NCBI RefSeq assembly: GCF_000143415.4
Contig: NW_003314262.1
Location: forward strand, 3,150,603-3,214,602
DNA: 64,000 bases
Direction of reading: 5' to 3'
From: Selaginella moellendorffii
Lineage: Eukaryota; Plantae; Lycopodiophyta
A program made the translations under genes and the position numbers. The first letter of the stretch is position 1, and every line of letters starts with the position of its first letter. The notes below the pieces were generated by a model, which worked only from the letters and a program-made list of their open reading frames with translations, was not told the origin of the DNA and ran no database searches. This document shows, in pieces, positions 62,001 to 64,000 of the stretch.

Positions 62001-63564
62001 TCAGTAACTCCACAGCGTGTCCATTTCCGCCGACGAAGAAGACGGAGCAACCGCTCGGTAGAGATTCGGTGGGACTTCGTCGGTGCCAGCGGAATCCGTG
62101 AGAGAGAACGAAGCTCCGGAGGGGAAGTTTTGCTGAAGAGTGGTGGTGCACAGAGCAAGGTAGTGAGGGTGACTCTCGTTCAACCATCCGGCGGTGTTTA
62201 CGTCCATGGGCTGGTATACGGGTTGATGCATCGGCGGTGCGGACTTGGGCTCCACCTTGCACGCCCGTATGCCAGCTTTGGCCACCGAGTATGGACCGCT
62301 CAGCGACCGTGAAAACTGGTCGAGAGCCTTGAGCGAGTTGATGTCCGGGACGAGAGGTTGGCTGGGCTGGTTTTGGAGGTGGTGAAACGTTGAGAAGTCG
62401 GGCCTTGGCTTGGAATAGTTACCGGTGGTGGTGAAGGTGTACGATTCGAGTGCTGGTAAGCTGCCAAGGTTGGCTTGAGCCGCGAAACAAGTTGGAAGCT
62501 TTAATTCGCTAATGTCAGGCGGTGCTGCTGCTGCTGCTATAGAGGGGTGGTGCAGCATTGTGTCTGGATTAGTATCAGCAGCCGCGACTTGTACTCGGGG
62601 CTGCCAGCCGTTCTGCCTTTGCTCCTTGAGGAAGGAAGTGTCAGAGAAGCTTGGGACCTGGTCGTTCTGGCTCGTCTCGCTACTATCAGCAACAGCTTCT
62701 TCGGTGACTGTAACGTGAGGGGAGTCGTCTCGCAGCGGAGGCAGTGAAGTGTGAACTTGCTGAGCCGCTATCACATAGTGCGGGTCCCTAGCGAGGTTGC
62801 TGGATTCCCTCAACGCCTTTTTGCTGCCGGGGAACTTCTGGAAAACGCGACATATCACCCATTCGGAATCCTGTGAGCAGTTGAAGAAAAGCAGCTTTGG
62901 TCATTGGATTCCGACCGGAGAAAGAACAGGGAACACGAGGAGAAAGACTCGAGAGAATGCATCACTTTTTCCAACTGAGAGGTAGTTTGAGACTCACCTT
63001 AGGCAGCCTCGCGTTTCGATTAAACTGACTTGCTTCCCCTTCCAGGCGGTATTCGTGCATGATCCAGTTGCTCTTGAGCCCCTTTGGAGCTCTTCCCCTA
63101 TAGAAGACAAGAGTTTTCTTCATACCCACCAGACAGGAGGTCCGAGAGCTGTTTATGTTTCGGTCCTTCCCGGTTGCCTTCCAGTATCCAGCTTCAGTGG
63201 CCCTGTTGGTCCTCATTCCAGTCGGATACTTCCGGTCTCTTAGAGTGTAGAAGTACCATTCCTTCTCTCCCATGCTCGCTTTGGCTGCACAAAGAGAGAC
63301 CAAAGGTAGACAAAAAAACCATTTTTCAGTGGACATCTCTAACTGATTGCTTCACAGGTTGTCGGGCAACTTACTCGGCAGATCCCAAGGCTCGCACTTG
63401 TTGAGGTCAACTTCGGCAATTGCACTGATTCTAAAGCTACTGAAGAGAACTTTCCTGGTCAGGTAGTACACCAGCTCTTCGTCCGTGGGATGGAACCGGA
63501 AGCCTGGAGGTAAATATGGATCCTCAGGCCTTTGCTGCATCTGAGCCAAGGACAACAAGTCCAT
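62001..63564 (-). CDS. NAC transcription factor, NAM/CUC/NAC1 clade, 3 exons
   Basis: [15 protein letters not shown]; [11 protein letters not shown]; [36 protein letters not shown]; WVICRVFQK; LPPLRD and LWSY C-terminal motifs. Confidence 0.95.
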
Positions 63565-64000
63565 GGTGGAGTAACTCTTTTGCTTTTGCTTGCAGGGAAC
63601 GCAGGAGCGAGCAAGGAGAAGATTGGAGGAGAGGAGGATAATATAAATCCCGAGTAGCCAAAGACAATTGCGTTCTCGACTGCACAGGCGATGCGATGCG
63701 CCCCTAGGTACGGACAAGCGGCAAAGCTCTCACGCTTGGCTCCCGGTCCTACAGATGGCACGGCATTGAAGCGTTTAGAGCCGGAACAAGATGAGCGCTT
63801 GTGCATGCAAACAAAGAAAGGCCATCCCTTGGAGCGCCTCACGAAGCCGGCTTATCATCTTTTTGGAGCTTCTCTATCCCAGATTCGCGGACGGAACCAA
63901 CGAAGCTAGCAGCGCCTCGACCAGAACGCTTCAGTCGCTCGCCAGTAGCTAACAAAACGAACCGAAGATCGCTCGTCACAAAGACAAAAGATGGAGGACG

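Overview
Gene-dense, intron-rich eukaryotic DNA with very short (~50-60 nt) GT-AG introns and land-plant gene families. This fits a lycophyte such as Selaginella (inference, not verified). 1-14.7 kb is a decayed mobile/heterochromatic block: a nonsense-disrupted multi-exon gene with ParB-like, methyltransferase-like and FCP1/HAD-like segments, a 5'-truncated chromovirus (Ty3/gypsy), a heavily mutated reverse-strand gypsy, and a Uma2/PD-(D/E)XK-like nuclease relic behind a PPT/LTR-like start. 14.8-26 kb holds kinesin-7, an epsin/ENTH gene and a trihelix gene that appears fused to a RAB6-interacting-golgin (DUF662) coiled coil. 26-45 kb is a duplication mosaic: phytanoyl-CoA dioxygenase (PhyH) copies, a CCR-like fragment, a copia relic, two dirigent genes, a long inverted-repeat element and a MIC19-like gene. 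45-64 kb holds PDAT, an A1 aspartyl protease, NRPB9, GAPN/ALDH11 (no in-frame AUG found), IPUT1, a polycistronic snoRNA cluster, a probable intronic H/ACA snoRNA and two NAC transcription factors. Exon boundaries and domain calls were made by eye; no searches were run.
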